This document shows, one piece after another, positions 33,806 through 46,183 of a stretch of DNA of 64,000 bases. The DNA lies in NCBI GenBank assembly GCA_963776245.1, contig CAVZLN010000008.1, forward strand, positions 64,001-128,000. The letters are read 5' to 3'. This stretch comes from Candidatus Eiseniibacteriota bacterium. GTDB lineage: Bacteria; Eisenbacteria; RBG-16-71-46. Position numbers and translations under genes: made by a program. How positions within the stretch are numbered: the stretch's first letter is position 1; each line of letters begins with the position of its first letter. The notes under the pieces were generated by a model, which ran no database searches, was not told the DNA's origin, and was given only the letters and a program-made list of their open reading frames with translations.

Positions 33806-34025
33806 GAAGAGCGGCCGAGGCGGAAGCCGACGAAGCGGCCCGGCAGAGTCCGGGCCCTGAGCTGCGACCGGATGGGGGAAGCCGCATGGGGGCACTCGCG
33901 CCGCAGATGTGACCACCACGACCAACTCCGATGCCGCCCTCCCCCGGCGGGATCCATCACCGACGCGCACGGTGCCACCACCGAACGCGTCCAGCGCATC
34001 TCGAAGGCCAACAATGGAGGCCAAC

Positions 34026-34502
34026 ATGAATCGGCAGCGTGCCCTTCCGCTCTTCGCGTTCGCGTTCCTCTGCACCCTGGCAGCCCCTGTGTGGGCCGAC
34101 GGCATCACCATCCAGGGCGGAAAGCAGGCGCCCTCAGGCGAGTACATCATCGAAGGCTCCGCAGTGCAGACGGTCTGCGTGACCCCGGCTGCCGCCGGCG
34201 TGACGATCAGTGCGACGGCGAATGAGCCCGGCTGCATCACGGTGGCCCCGGCAACCGCTGTGACCGGGGTGGATGGATGCGCCAGTTTCACCGTCAGCTG
34301 CGCGACCAATAGCTGCATCGGAACGGTCACCTACTCGGCCCCCGGCTATCCCAGCACGGTCGGAAGGTACCGTTGCGACTCGGGAGGCACTCCCAATGAC
34401 GTCCCGATGACGGGCACCTGGGGCCTCCTCGGGATGGTGTTGCTGCTGCTGGGTGGCAGCATGTGGATCCTCCGCTCGCGGGCGAGGACCGAAGGTCTCT
34501 AG
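34026..34502 (+). CDS. Small Cys-rich secreted protein with IPTL-CTERM-like sorting tail
   Basis: GGAGG RBS; signal peptide; tail VPMTGTWGLLGMVLLLLGGSMWILRSR (motif, TM helix, basic residues). Confidence 0.8.
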   Translation: MNRQRALPLFAFAFLCTLAAPVWADGITIQGGKQAPSGEYIIEGSAVQTVCVTPAAAGVTISATANEPGCITVAPATAVTGVDGCASFTVSCATNSCIGTVTYSAPGYPSTVGRYRCDSGGTPNDVPMTGTWGLLGMVLLLLGGSMWILRSRARTEGL

Positions 34503-34524
34503 TCCCGATAGGCTTTGAAGGCGA

Positions 34525-34560
34525 CGAGGGCGGCGCGGTCGTCAGATCGCGCCGCCTTCG
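34525..34560 (+). terminator. Hairpin after the IPTL-CTERM-like gene
   Basis: cgagggcggcgcggtc-gtca-gatcgcgccgccttcg stem. Confidence 0.55.
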
Positions 34561-34806
34561 CCGTTCTCGAGCCCGGAGGCTCGCATCGAGCCGGTCTGCG
34601 CGGCCGGCGGCCACCCCTCGCCGAGGTGGCCGCCGGCTGTCGAAGTCTGCGGTGAACCGGGCGCCGATACGCCGAGCGGATGGCCGTCCAGGCCCGCAAC
34701 CAGTGCTCGCATCCGGCGCGACATATCGCTACTCTCCTTCCCGTAAGCGATCGCATGATCACCTGAATCCACCCGCAGGGCCCTGTGCCCGGAGGAGACG
34801 AGAACG

Positions 34807-36816
34807 TTGAAGGAGATCCGCGCCTGGACGATCCGGGATTCGGCCGCGCTGTACAACGTCGCCGGCTGGTCCGGGGGCTTCTTCCGCATCAATGACGCCG
34901 GCCATGTCGAGGTGACCCCCGCGGGGCCCGACGGCACCCGCGTCGACCTGCACGACCTCATCCTCGACCTCCAGCGCCGCGGCCTCGACATGCCGCTGCT
35001 GATGCGCTTCTCGGACATCCTCCACAGCCGCGTGCGCGATCTGTTCGGCGCCTTCGAGAACGCGATCAAGGAATACGGCTACCGCGCCCGCTACCGCGGC
35101 GTGTTCCCGATCAAGGTCAACCAGCAGCACCAGGTGGTCGAGGAACTGGTGCGCTTCGGCCGCCCGTACGGGCTGGGCCTCGAGGCCGGCTCCAAGCCCG
35201 AGCTGCTCGCCGGGCTGGCGCTGCTCGACAACCCCGACGCGCTGCTGCTGCTGAACGGCTACAAGGACATCGAGTACATGGAGACCGCGCTGCTGGCGCA
35301 GAAGCTGGGGCGCTACCCGATCGTGGTCATCGACCGCTTCCGCGAGCTCGACCTGCTGCTCGGCGTGGCGCGCCGGCTCGGCATCCGCCCGCACATCGGG
35401 GTGCGCGCCAAGCTCACCACCAAGGGCGCCGGCAAGTGGATGGAGTCCACCGGCGACCGCTCCAAGTTCGGCCTCACCGCCACCGAGATGGTGATGCTGG
35501 TGGACAAGCTGCGCGAGGAGCAGATGCTCGACTGTCTCGAGCTCGTGCACTTCCACATCGGCTCGCAGATCTCGGCGGTGCGCGCGATCAAGGACGCCAT
35601 GAAGGAGGCCTCGCGCGTCTACGTCGAGCTGGCGAAGGCCGGCGCCGGCCTGCGCTTCCTCGACGCCGGCGGCGGGCTCGGGGTGGACTACGACGGCTCG
35701 TCCACCAACTGGCACTCCTCGACCAACTACACCATGCAGGAATACGCCAACGACGTGGTCGCCTCGATCCAGGAGGCGTGCGAGACCGCCGGGATCGACC
35801 ATCCCGACATCATCACCGAGTCCGGCCGCGCGCTGGTCGCGCACCACTCGGTGCTGGTGTTCAACATCCTCGACGTGAACGAGGTGCTGGTCGGCCAGGC
35901 GCCGCCGCGAGTGGACAAGAAGGAGCACGCGGTCATCCAGCAGCTGGTCGAGACCTGGCGCGGGGTCTCGCGCAAGAACTTCCAGGAGTCCTATCACGAC
36001 GCCCTCCAGCTCAAGGAGGAGGCGACCAGCCTGTTCAACCTCGGCCTGCTCGACCTGCGGGGCCGCGCGCGCGTGGAGCAGCTGTTCTGGGGCTGCTGCG
36101 AGGCGATCCTGAAGATCATCCGCGAGCTCGACTACGTGCCCGACGACCTCGAGGGGCTCGAGAAGGGCCTCGCCGACACCTACTACGGCAACTTCTCGGT
36201 GTTCCAGTCGGTGCCCGATCACTGGGCGGTGAAGCAGCTCTTCCCCACCATGCCGCTGCACCGTCTCGGCGAGCGCCCGACGCGCCGCGCCGTGATCGCC
36301 GACCTGACCTGCGACTCGGACGGCAAGATGGACCAGTTCATCGACCTGCGCGACGTGAAGAACGCGCTCGAGCTGCACACCTTCGACGGCAAGCCGTACT
36401 ACCTCGGCGTCTTCCTGGTGGGCGCGTACCAGGAGATCCTCGGCGACCTGCACAACCTGTTCGGGGACACCAACGCGGTGCACATCGCGATCGACGAGAC
36501 CGGCTACCGCATCGACCACGTGGTCGAGGGCGACTCGGTCACCGAGGTGCTGGGCTACGTGCAGTACCAGAAGCCCTACCTGATGCAGCGCATGCGACAG
36601 GCGAACGAGGAGGCGCTGCGGCGCGGGCTGCTCACGTTCGAGGAGTCGGCACTGCTCATGAAGCGTTACGACGACGGGCTGGCGGGCTACACCTACCTCG
36701 AGGAGGAGGAGCCCACGCTGCGGCTCGCCAACGGCGCCGCGGGCCTGACGGCGGTGTCGTCGCAGTTCCACCCGGTCGAGCACCCCGAGCCCCAGGGCGC
36801 GGTGGACGCGAAGTAG
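34807..36816 (+). CDS. speA: Biosynthetic arginine decarboxylase
   Basis: FPIKVNQ, GLEAGSKPEL, SKFGL, HFHIGSQI, DAGGGLGVDYDG, TESGRA, TCDSDG, GAYQEILG. Confidence 0.96.
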   Translation: MKEIRAWTIRDSAALYNVAGWSGGFFRINDAGHVEVTPAGPDGTRVDLHDLILDLQRRGLDMPLLMRFSDILHSRVRDLFGAFENAIKEYGYRARYRGVFPIKVNQQHQVVEELVRFGRPYGLGLEAGSKPELLAGLALLDNPDALLLLNGYKDIEYMETALLAQKLGRYPIVVIDRFRELDLLLGVARRLGIRPHIGVRAKLTTKGAGKWMESTGDRSKFGLTATEMVMLVDKLREEQMLDCLELVHFHIGSQISAVRAIKDAMKEASRVYVELAKAGAGLRFLDAGGGLGVDYDGSSTNWHSSTNYTMQEYANDVVASIQEACETAGIDHPDIITESGRALVAHHSVLVFNILDVNEVLVGQAPPRVDKKEHAVIQQLVETWRGVSRKNFQESYHDALQLKEEATSLFNLGLLDLRGRARVEQLFWGCCEAILKIIRELDYVPDDLEGLEKGLADTYYGNFSVFQSVPDHWAVKQLFPTMPLHRLGERPTRRAVIADLTCDSDGKMDQFIDLRDVKNALELHTFDGKPYYLGVFLVGAYQEILGDLHNLFGDTNAVHIAIDETGYRIDHVVEGDSVTEVLGYVQYQKPYLMQRMRQANEEALRRGLLTFEESALLMKRYDDGLAGYTYLEEEEPTLRLANGAAGLTAVSSQFHPVEHPEPQGAVDAK

Positions 36817-36842
36817 CGCGGGGCGCTCGCGGGGTCGACGGG

Positions 36843-38691
36843 CTACCGCGCCAGCACGCCGCCCACGATCAACAGCGCCACCACCACGCCCATCAGGCTC
36901 TCGCCGGCGATCAGCCCGCTGCTGACCGGCACCACGTAGCGCCGGGCGAACGCCGGGCTACGGCGCTGCATCCCCCACGCGATCAGCGCGCCCGCGAACA
37001 TGGCGATGGCGTTGCTGCCGGGGATCACCATCGCGATCCCGAGGCCCGAGGGCGACGGCACGAGGGACTTCAGCCGCGCCGGGGCGATGCGCTCGAGCAC
37101 CGCGAGCGCCACCCCCAGCAGCAGGCCCGCGGCCATGCCGGCGCGGGCCAGCGCGTCGAGCCCGCCCACGCCGCCGGCGAACGCCTTCGACACGCCCGCC
37201 CACACCAGGCACGAGGGCGCGGGCCACGCATCGGTGCCGAGCACCGACGGGTCGGGGATGAGCACGTTGAACGCCGGCACCACGATGGCGGCGCCCGCGA
37301 GCACGCCGAACAGCTGGGCGTAGAACTGCACGCGCGGGCTCGCCCCCAGCAGCCAGCCGGTCTTGAGCGTGGTGAGCAGATCGGCCGCGTGCAGTCCGAT
37401 CCCGCCGGTGACGTTCGCGCTCATGATGTTGCCCGACAGGTTGCCGGGCGTCATGACGCCGTACAGCAGCTGGGTGACCGGCCCGAGCGCCTTGGTGGGC
37501 GTCACGTCGGTCTCGCCGGTCACGCGGGCCGCGACGAATCCCATCACCACCGCGAGCGGCACCGCGACCAGGCCGGCCCACCACGGGATCTGGAACAGCC
37601 AGGTCATGAGCACCACCACCAGCGGGCCGAGCACCACGAAGCCGGCCGGGAACCACCAGCCCGGGCATTCGACCGCGTCCATCGGGTCCGCGGCGGTGGC
37701 GGCGCCACGCGAGAACATCCGGCCCAGTCCCGAGAACGAGCGCGCCACGCTCTTCCAGTCGAGCGCGAACGAGGTGAGCCCGGAGGCCACCAGGATCGCC
37801 GCGCCCGGCCACACGGTCCAGCCGACGATGGCCCGGTAGCTCACGCTCGCGACCACCCCCTTCGCCACCAGCGCCGGCGCGAGCACGCCGTACGTGAGCA
37901 GCCCGCCGAGCAGCAGCGACCACGCGGTGCGGAAGCTCATGAGCGCTCCCGCGCCGAGCAGCACCACCTCGGTCTTGAGCGCCAGCGTCCAGTCGGCGGC
38001 GGGCCGGCCCGCGATCGTGAACGGCAGCGGGAACGGCGCCCGGCAGGTTCGGATACGGGATCCACGCGGCCCTGGCATCGCGCAGCCAGGCGAGCGCCGC
38101 CGCGAACAGCGCGCCGAGCCCCAGCGCGCGGGCCTGCTTCGCGCCCTCGCCGGCGCCCGCCTCGCCCTCCTCGCCGTGGATGGCGCGCAGGGTCTCGGCG
38201 GTGGCCTTGCCGGTCGGGAACGGCAGCCCCTCCTGGTTCACGAGCTGGCGCTTGATCGGGATCGCGGTGAACACGCCGAGCGCGGCGATCGCGCCGAACC
38301 ACGCGATCATCGGCACCTGGGGCGGCCGCACCGTGGTCACCATCAGGAGCGCGCCGAAGGCGGCCATGTTGCCGCCGCCGGTCATGAACCCGGCGCCCGA
38401 GGCCACCGTGGTGAGCGCGTTGTTCTCGAGCGCGGTGAGCGGGGTGCGCGTCAGCCGCAGCGCGGCGAACAGGCGGAAGAGCGCGAACGCCAGGATGGCC
38501 GCGGTGATGGTCACGCCCATCGACCAGCCGGTCTTGAAGAAGACATACAGATTCGACAGGCACATCACGGCGCCGATGGCCATGCCGGTGAGCACCGCGC
38601 GCACCGTGAGCTGGGGCGTGTTCGGACGGTAGGTATGGGCCAGCCACTCGCGCTCGGTGTCCGGCGGGGTCGCGGCGCTCGGATCGGTCAT
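36843..38691 (-). CDS. OPT-family oligopeptide transporter (indel ~38.07 kb)
   Basis: QLTVRAV, LYVFFKTG, LENN, LPFPTG.ATAE, GETDVTP, DLLTTLKTGWLLG, SGLIAGESL. Confidence 0.9.
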
Positions 38692-38729
38692 GCGAGCCTC
38701 GGGGTCGGTCGATGGCTTCGGGTGACGGG

Positions 38730-40844
<2,115 letters not shown>

Positions 40845-41017
40845 GGGTGCGGCCTCCTGGCTGAGGATGCGGCGGGCGGCGGGCGCAGCCGGCAGGGGGG
40901 CGGCCGCGGCGCACGGTACCAGAGCCCGGGAGGTGGGCGCTCGCGCCGGAACCGGTCGCCGGACGGACGCGGATGAGGAGCGACGGACGCGGGAGTCGCG
41001 CCGCGGGGCCCGCGCGC

Positions 41018-41467
41018 TCAGCCCGGCGGGTGAGCCCTCGAGGTGCCGAAGCGCTGGCGCAGCGCGGAGGTCTCGAGCAGCGCCGCGCCGATCAGCGCGA
41101 GCCCGGCGACCCCGCCGAGGATCGCCGCCATGCGTTCCCACGGCTGCCCCGCGGCCCGGCGCTCGGCCAGCGCGATCAGCAGGGTGCGCACCCATTCCGC
41201 CGCCGCCAGCGCCAGCGCGGCCTGGAGCGTGCGCGCCGCCCACGCCCGGCGCACCCACAGCAGAGCCAGCAGCGCGAGGCTCGGCGCCACCAGCAGGAGC
41301 TGGCCGTGGAACAGGAAGTGGGCGCCCAGCACCAGCGCGCTCAGGCCCGCGGGGAGCAGGAGCAGGGCGATGCGCGTCCCGGAGGTGGCGCGCGCTTCGA
41401 GGTCTGGTCGGTGGGGCGCCTCCCCGCGGACGAAGTCACGCGCGGGGCGTGGCGGTGGCGTGCTCAT
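41018..41467 (-). CDS. Hypothetical membrane protein (about 4 TM)
   Basis: LVLGAHFL...EWVRT...GQPWERMAAILGGV hydrophobic segments. Confidence 0.7.
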   Translation of the reverse strand: MSTPPPRPARDFVRGEAPHRPDLEARATSGTRIALLLLPAGLSALVLGAHFLFHGQLLLVAPSLALLALLWVRRAWAARTLQAALALAAAEWVRTLLIALAERRAAGQPWERMAAILGGVAGLALIGAALLETSALRQRFGTSRAHPPG

Positions 41468-41486
41468 GCGGGCGGGATGGCCGCGA

Positions 41487-41684
41487 TCAGAGCTTCGGGT
41501 CGTCGTCCGCCGGCTCGGGTGGCCCATCGAAGGGCTCGAGCAGATCGATCGGATCGGGCTCGAACGTCCCGTCGGCCTTGGCTTGCTTGCGCGCCTTGCG
41601 CACCTCGCGCTTCTCGACCGCGCGGGCCTGGCGCTGCTGCTCCTTCTGACGCTTGAGGAATGACGGTCGCTTGTTCCCTGCCAG
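41487..41684 (-). CDS. Small protein with basic N-terminus and acidic tail (65 aa, CTG start)
   Basis: GAGGAG RBS before CTG; RPSFLKRQKEQQRQARAVEKR...DPIDLLEPFDGPPEPADDD. Confidence 0.6.
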   Translation of the reverse strand: MAGNKRPSFLKRQKEQQRQARAVEKREVRKARKQAKADGTFEPDPIDLLEPFDGPPEPADDDPKL

Positions 41685-41969
41685 GTGAGGCTCCTCTCGC
41701 ACGCTCCGAGGCGGTGAGCGCGGGTCATGGCCGATCCGACGCTTCGATAGGGCTGCACTATCGCAGACTCGGGCGCGCGAAGCACGCGCGCTCGCCGCCC
41801 CGCTGGCCGGCCAACGCCTCGCCCCGCGTCCCCGGCGGTGGGAGTGCCGCCGCAGCGAAGGGGCGATCGGCGTCCAATCGGTGGCCGGACAATCGCATGC
41901 GGCGGGCGCCCCACGGCCCGCCGGGGCCGGCGTTGGCGGCGTCGTCGCCGAGGAGTACGGTGGGCCTCG

Positions 41970-43448
41970 ATGAACGTGCTCCTGCTGTACCCGCGGTTCC
42001 CCGACACCTTCTGGGGCTTCCAGCACGCGCTGAAGTTCGTGAGGCGGAAAGCGGCGCTGCCGCCGCTCGGGCTGATCACGGTCGCGGCGATGCTGCCCCC
42101 CGCGTGGCGGCTGAAGCTGGTGGACACCAACGTGCGCCCGCTGACCGGGCCGGACCTGGCGTGGGCGGACATGGTGTTCGTGAGCGCGATGATCGCGCAG
42201 CGCGCGTCGGCCCATGCGCTCATCGACCGTTGCCATGCGGCAGGCAGGACCGTGGTGGCGGGCGGGCCGTTGTTCAAGTCGGAGCAGGCGAACTATCCCG
42301 GAGTGGACCACTTCGTGCTCGACGAGGCCGAAGTGACCCTGCCCGGTTTCCTGCGCGATCTCGAGCGGGGCCTCGCGCGCCGGGTGTACACCGCGACCGA
42401 GTTCGCCGACCTGGCGGAGACGCCGGCCCCGCGGTGGGACCTGCTGCGACTGCGCGACTACCACTCGATGAGCGTGCAGTACTCGCGCGGCTGCCCGTTC
42501 GACTGCGAGTTCTGCGACATCACCGCGATGTTCGGCCACCGGCCGCGGACCAAGCGGCCGGCGCAGATCCTCGCCGAGCTGGACGCGCTGTACGCGCGGG
42601 GATGGCGCGGCTCGGTGTTCTTCGTGGACGACAACTTCATCGGCAACCCGCGCGATCTGAGGTCCGGGCTGCTGCCGGCGCTCACCGCGTGGCGGCGGCG
42701 CAGCCCCGGCGTGCCGTTCTACACCGAGGCCTCGATCAACCTGGCCCGCGACGAGGCGCTCACCCGGGCGATGGTCGAGGCCGGGTTCGGGACGGTGTTC
42801 ATCGGCATCGAGACGCCCGACGACTCCAGTCTCGCGGAGTGCGGCAAGCGCCAGAACCTCGGCCGCGACCTGGTCGCCGACGTGAAGCGCCTGCAGCGCG
42901 CCGGACTCCAGGTGCAGGGCGGATTCATCGTCGGTTTCGACAGCGACACGCCCTCGATCTTCCAGCGCCAGGTGGACTTCATCCAGCGCAGCGGCATCAT
43001 CACCGCCATGGTCGGGATGCTGATCGCGCTCCCCGGCACCCGCTTGCATGTCCGGCTCGCGGGCGAGGGCCGGCTGCTCGGGGAGAGCACCGGCGACAAC
43101 TCGGACGGCACCACGAACTTCGCGCCCCGCATGGGGCTCGACGCGCTGCGGGAGGGATACCGCCGCCTGCTGAACCAGATCTACGCGCCGGGACCGTACT
43201 ACCGGCGGGTCCGGACGTTCCTGCGCGAGTACCGCGCGCCTCGGATCGAGGTGGCGCCGAGCTGGCGTCACGGGCTCGCACTGCTCTACGCGAGCGTGCG
43301 CCTGGGCGTCATCGGCCGCGAGCGCCTGCAGTTCTGGGGGCTCCTCGGGTGGACGCTGGCGCGCCGCCCCGCGCAGTTCGGAAGCGCGGTCACGTTCGCG
43401 ATCTACGGGCACCATTTCCGCAAGGTGTGCGGGGCGATGCGCGCCTGA
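41970..43448 (+). CDS. B12-binding radical SAM protein (DUF4070-type)
   Basis: YPRFPDTFWGF, PPLGLITVAA, SRGCPFDCEFCDI, FFVDDNF, FIGIETP, FIVGFDSD. Confidence 0.9.
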   Translation: MNVLLLYPRFPDTFWGFQHALKFVRRKAALPPLGLITVAAMLPPAWRLKLVDTNVRPLTGPDLAWADMVFVSAMIAQRASAHALIDRCHAAGRTVVAGGPLFKSEQANYPGVDHFVLDEAEVTLPGFLRDLERGLARRVYTATEFADLAETPAPRWDLLRLRDYHSMSVQYSRGCPFDCEFCDITAMFGHRPRTKRPAQILAELDALYARGWRGSVFFVDDNFIGNPRDLRSGLLPALTAWRRRSPGVPFYTEASINLARDEALTRAMVEAGFGTVFIGIETPDDSSLAECGKRQNLGRDLVADVKRLQRAGLQVQGGFIVGFDSDTPSIFQRQVDFIQRSGIITAMVGMLIALPGTRLHVRLAGEGRLLGESTGDNSDGTTNFAPRMGLDALREGYRRLLNQIYAPGPYYRRVRTFLREYRAPRIEVAPSWRHGLALLYASVRLGVIGRERLQFWGLLGWTLARRPAQFGSAVTFAIYGHHFRKVCGAMRA

Positions 43449-43458
43449 CCGCCGGTGG

Positions 43459-44394
43459 TCAGGGCTTGGCGGCGGGCGGCGCCCCGGGGCCGCCGGCGCG
43501 GTCCAGCGCCACGTCCTCCCACGACGCCGGATCGTCGAGCGGTTCCAGGTGAGTGAGCATCGAGACCTGCGGGATGGCGGCGCGGATGTCGGCCTCGATG
43601 CGCTCGAGCAGCGCGTGCCCGTCGTGCACGGTCCACGCGCCGGGCACCAGCACGTGGAGCGAGACGAAGCGCCGCGCCCCCGCCTGACGCGTGCGCAGCG
43701 CGTGGAACTCGATGCCCTGGGCCTGGTACATCCCCAGCGCGCGGTCGACCGCCGCCCGCTCGTCGGGGGCCATCGCGGTGTCCATCAGCCCGAGCACCGA
43801 CTTGCGCACGATGCCGACGCCGGTCCACACGATGTTGCCCGCCACCACCAGCGCCACCACCGGATCGAGCCACTGCCAGCGCGTGACCGCCACCAGGCCC
43901 ACGCCGACCACCACCCCGACCGAGGTCCACACGTCGGTGAGCAGATGGTGCGCGTTGGCCTCGAGCGTGATCGAATCGTGGCGCCGCGAGGCGCGCAGGA
44001 TGACGAGCGCGACGGCGAGGTTCACGAGCGAGGCCCCGACCGAGATGGCGAGGCCCATGCCGATCTGCTCGAGCGGCCGCGGATGGATCAGCCGGGACAC
44101 CGCGGCCACTCCGATGCTCGCCGCCGCGACCAGGATGAGTGTGCCCTCTACGCCGCTCGAGAAGTACTCCGCCTTGCCGTGACCGTGCGGGTGGTCCTCG
44201 TCGGCCGGCCGCGCCGCGACCGTGAGCATGCCCAGGGCCATCATCGCCCCGGCCAGGTTCACGAGCGACTCGAGCGCGTCGGAGAGCAGCCCGACCGAGT
44301 CGGTCACCAGGTAGGCGGTGGTCTTGAGGCCGATGGTGGCGACCGCCGCGACGATCGAGAGCCAGGCGAAGCGCGTGAGAGTCGAGCGTTCCAT
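43459..44394 (-). CDS. Cation diffusion facilitator transporter
   Basis: SVGLLSDALES, PADEDHPHGHGKAEY, HLLTDVWTS, LDPVVA, HLEP. Confidence 0.92.
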   Translation of the reverse strand: MERSTLTRFAWLSIVAAVATIGLKTTAYLVTDSVGLLSDALESLVNLAGAMMALGMLTVAARPADEDHPHGHGKAEYFSSGVEGTLILVAAASIGVAAVSRLIHPRPLEQIGMGLAISVGASLVNLAVALVILRASRRHDSITLEANAHHLLTDVWTSVGVVVGVGLVAVTRWQWLDPVVALVVAGNIVWTGVGIVRKSVLGLMDTAMAPDERAAVDRALGMYQAQGIEFHALRTRQAGARRFVSLHVLVPGAWTVHDGHALLERIEADIRAAIPQVSMLTHLEPLDDPASWEDVALDRAGGPGAPPAAKP

Positions 44395-44617
44395 GGGATC
44401 CAGGGGTGCGAAGAGGGCGTGACGCGGGGGGCGCGTCGAAAGCCGGGGCATCTTAGGGCGTCCGCGCGCGCGTGGCGAGTCGCGCGCGGGGTCCGCGCCG
44501 TGACCCCGGCATCCTACACCGGCGCGGCTCAAGCGCGAGGGGCGACGGGCCGATACCCACCCTGTCGCCGACCCCTCGGAGACACCCAGGCGCAGCACGC
44601 GCCAGCGAGAGTGCTCC

Positions 44618-46177
44618 GTGGCCGGTGTGGTCCCTCCCACCTACCGCAACATCACCGTCATCCTGCTCGAAGCAGGCGTCGTCACGGCCGCCCAGATCGA
44701 GGCGGGACTGGCGCGCCAGTGCATGACCGGGACGCGCATCGGCGAAGCGCTGGTCGAGCTTGGGGCGGCGAGCGAGAGCGACATCGGGTGGGCGCTGGCC
44801 CGCCAGCTCGGGCTGCCGTTCGTGGACCTCCAGCCCGAGGCGCTCGACGCCGAACTGATCCGCGGATTCCCCGACGCTCTCCTGCGGCGCCTCCTCGCGC
44901 TGCCGCTGGTCCGGGAGGACGGCTCGCTCTCGGCCGCCTTCGGCGATCCGACCGATCGCGAGGCGCTCGCCGAGCTCGAACGCGCGGCCGGCGTGCCGGT
45001 GAGCCCGAGCGTGGCGAATCCCTCGGCCATCCACGCGGCGTTGGACCGCCTCATGGGCGGCCGCCCCGAAGCGAACGTGCGCCACCCGGCCACGGGACAG
45101 CCCGCGCATCGCCAGATGGACCGCGACCGTTCCGGCGCGCGCCTCCTCCAGGGCCACCTCGCCCGCGCCCTGGTGGCCGGCGCCGCGGAGATCCACTTCC
45201 TGCCGGCCGGAGAGACCGTGCACGTCCACCATCGCGTCGGCGAGCGCCTGATCGCCGCCGGGACGGAACCCGCGACCGCCCTCTACTACCTGCTCGCGCG
45301 CCTCGAGGCGCTGGGCGGGCCGGCATTCGACGGGGACCAGGTGCACGCGAGCGGGCGGGTCCTCTGCCCGGCCGGGGGCGAGGAGATCCCGCTCGAGGTG
45401 TCGCTGCTCGGCTGCGACCAGGGACTGGCGATCGTGCTCGGGCTGCGCGGCCGGCCGAGCGCGCCGCCCGCGCTCGAAGCCCTCGGGCTCGACCCCGTGG
45501 ACCTCGCCCGCCTGCGCACGGTGCTCGCGCTGCCGGCCGGTCTGGTGCTGATCTCGGGCCCGGCCCGCGCGGGCCGCTCGACCACGCTCGCGAGCCTGCT
45601 GGCGGCGGCGCGCGCGGAGGGCGTCCGCACCCTGGCGTTCGCCCCCCCCCGCGGCGCCCCGCTGTCCACCGAGACCTGCGTGTCCATCGAAGCGGCCCAC
45701 GCCCGCGAGCGCTGGGCCGAGATCGTGGTGGCCCAGGACCCCGACGTGGTGGCGCTGGACCACGTGCTGACCGGCGAGGCGGTGGCCGGGGCGGTCGCGA
45801 GCGCGGCGTGCGGACGCCTGGTGCTCGCCACCACCGACTGGAGCGACACCTTCGCCCTGCTCGAGTTCCTGTCCCGGCGCCCGGGCGGCGCGGGGCCGCT
45901 CGCCGCCCGATTGCGCGTGGTCATCCAGCAGCGCATGGCGCACGTGCGCTGCGCGCCGGGCGACCGGGTGGAGGGGCCCGCCGGTCCGGCCCGGCCGATC
46001 TTCGAGACGCTGTTCGTGAGCGACGCGCTGCGCGACGCGCTGCGCGCCGGCGCGTCCGCCGCGGAGCTGCGCGCGTGCGCGCGCGCCGAAGGCCAGCGCG
46101 ACCTCGCGGACCAGGTCCGCACGCTCGCGAGCGCCGGGCGGCTGAGCGCGTCCGAAGCCACCCGAGTCCTTTCCTGA
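44618..46177 (+). CDS. PilB/GspE-like protein with MshEN-type N-terminus and degenerate ATPase motifs
   Basis: RIGEALVELG..ALARQLGLPFVDL; AAEIHF; GLVLISGPARAGRSTTL; QDPDVVALD; LRVVIQQR; IFETL. Confidence 0.8.
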   Translation: MAGVVPPTYRNITVILLEAGVVTAAQIEAGLARQCMTGTRIGEALVELGAASESDIGWALARQLGLPFVDLQPEALDAELIRGFPDALLRRLLALPLVREDGSLSAAFGDPTDREALAELERAAGVPVSPSVANPSAIHAALDRLMGGRPEANVRHPATGQPAHRQMDRDRSGARLLQGHLARALVAGAAEIHFLPAGETVHVHHRVGERLIAAGTEPATALYYLLARLEALGGPAFDGDQVHASGRVLCPAGGEEIPLEVSLLGCDQGLAIVLGLRGRPSAPPALEALGLDPVDLARLRTVLALPAGLVLISGPARAGRSTTLASLLAAARAEGVRTLAFAPPRGAPLSTETCVSIEAAHARERWAEIVVAQDPDVVALDHVLTGEAVAGAVASAACGRLVLATTDWSDTFALLEFLSRRPGGAGPLAARLRVVIQQRMAHVRCAPGDRVEGPAGPARPIFETLFVSDALRDALRAGASAAELRACARAEGQRDLADQVRTLASAGRLSASEATRVLS

Positions 46178-46183
46178 GGCCCC

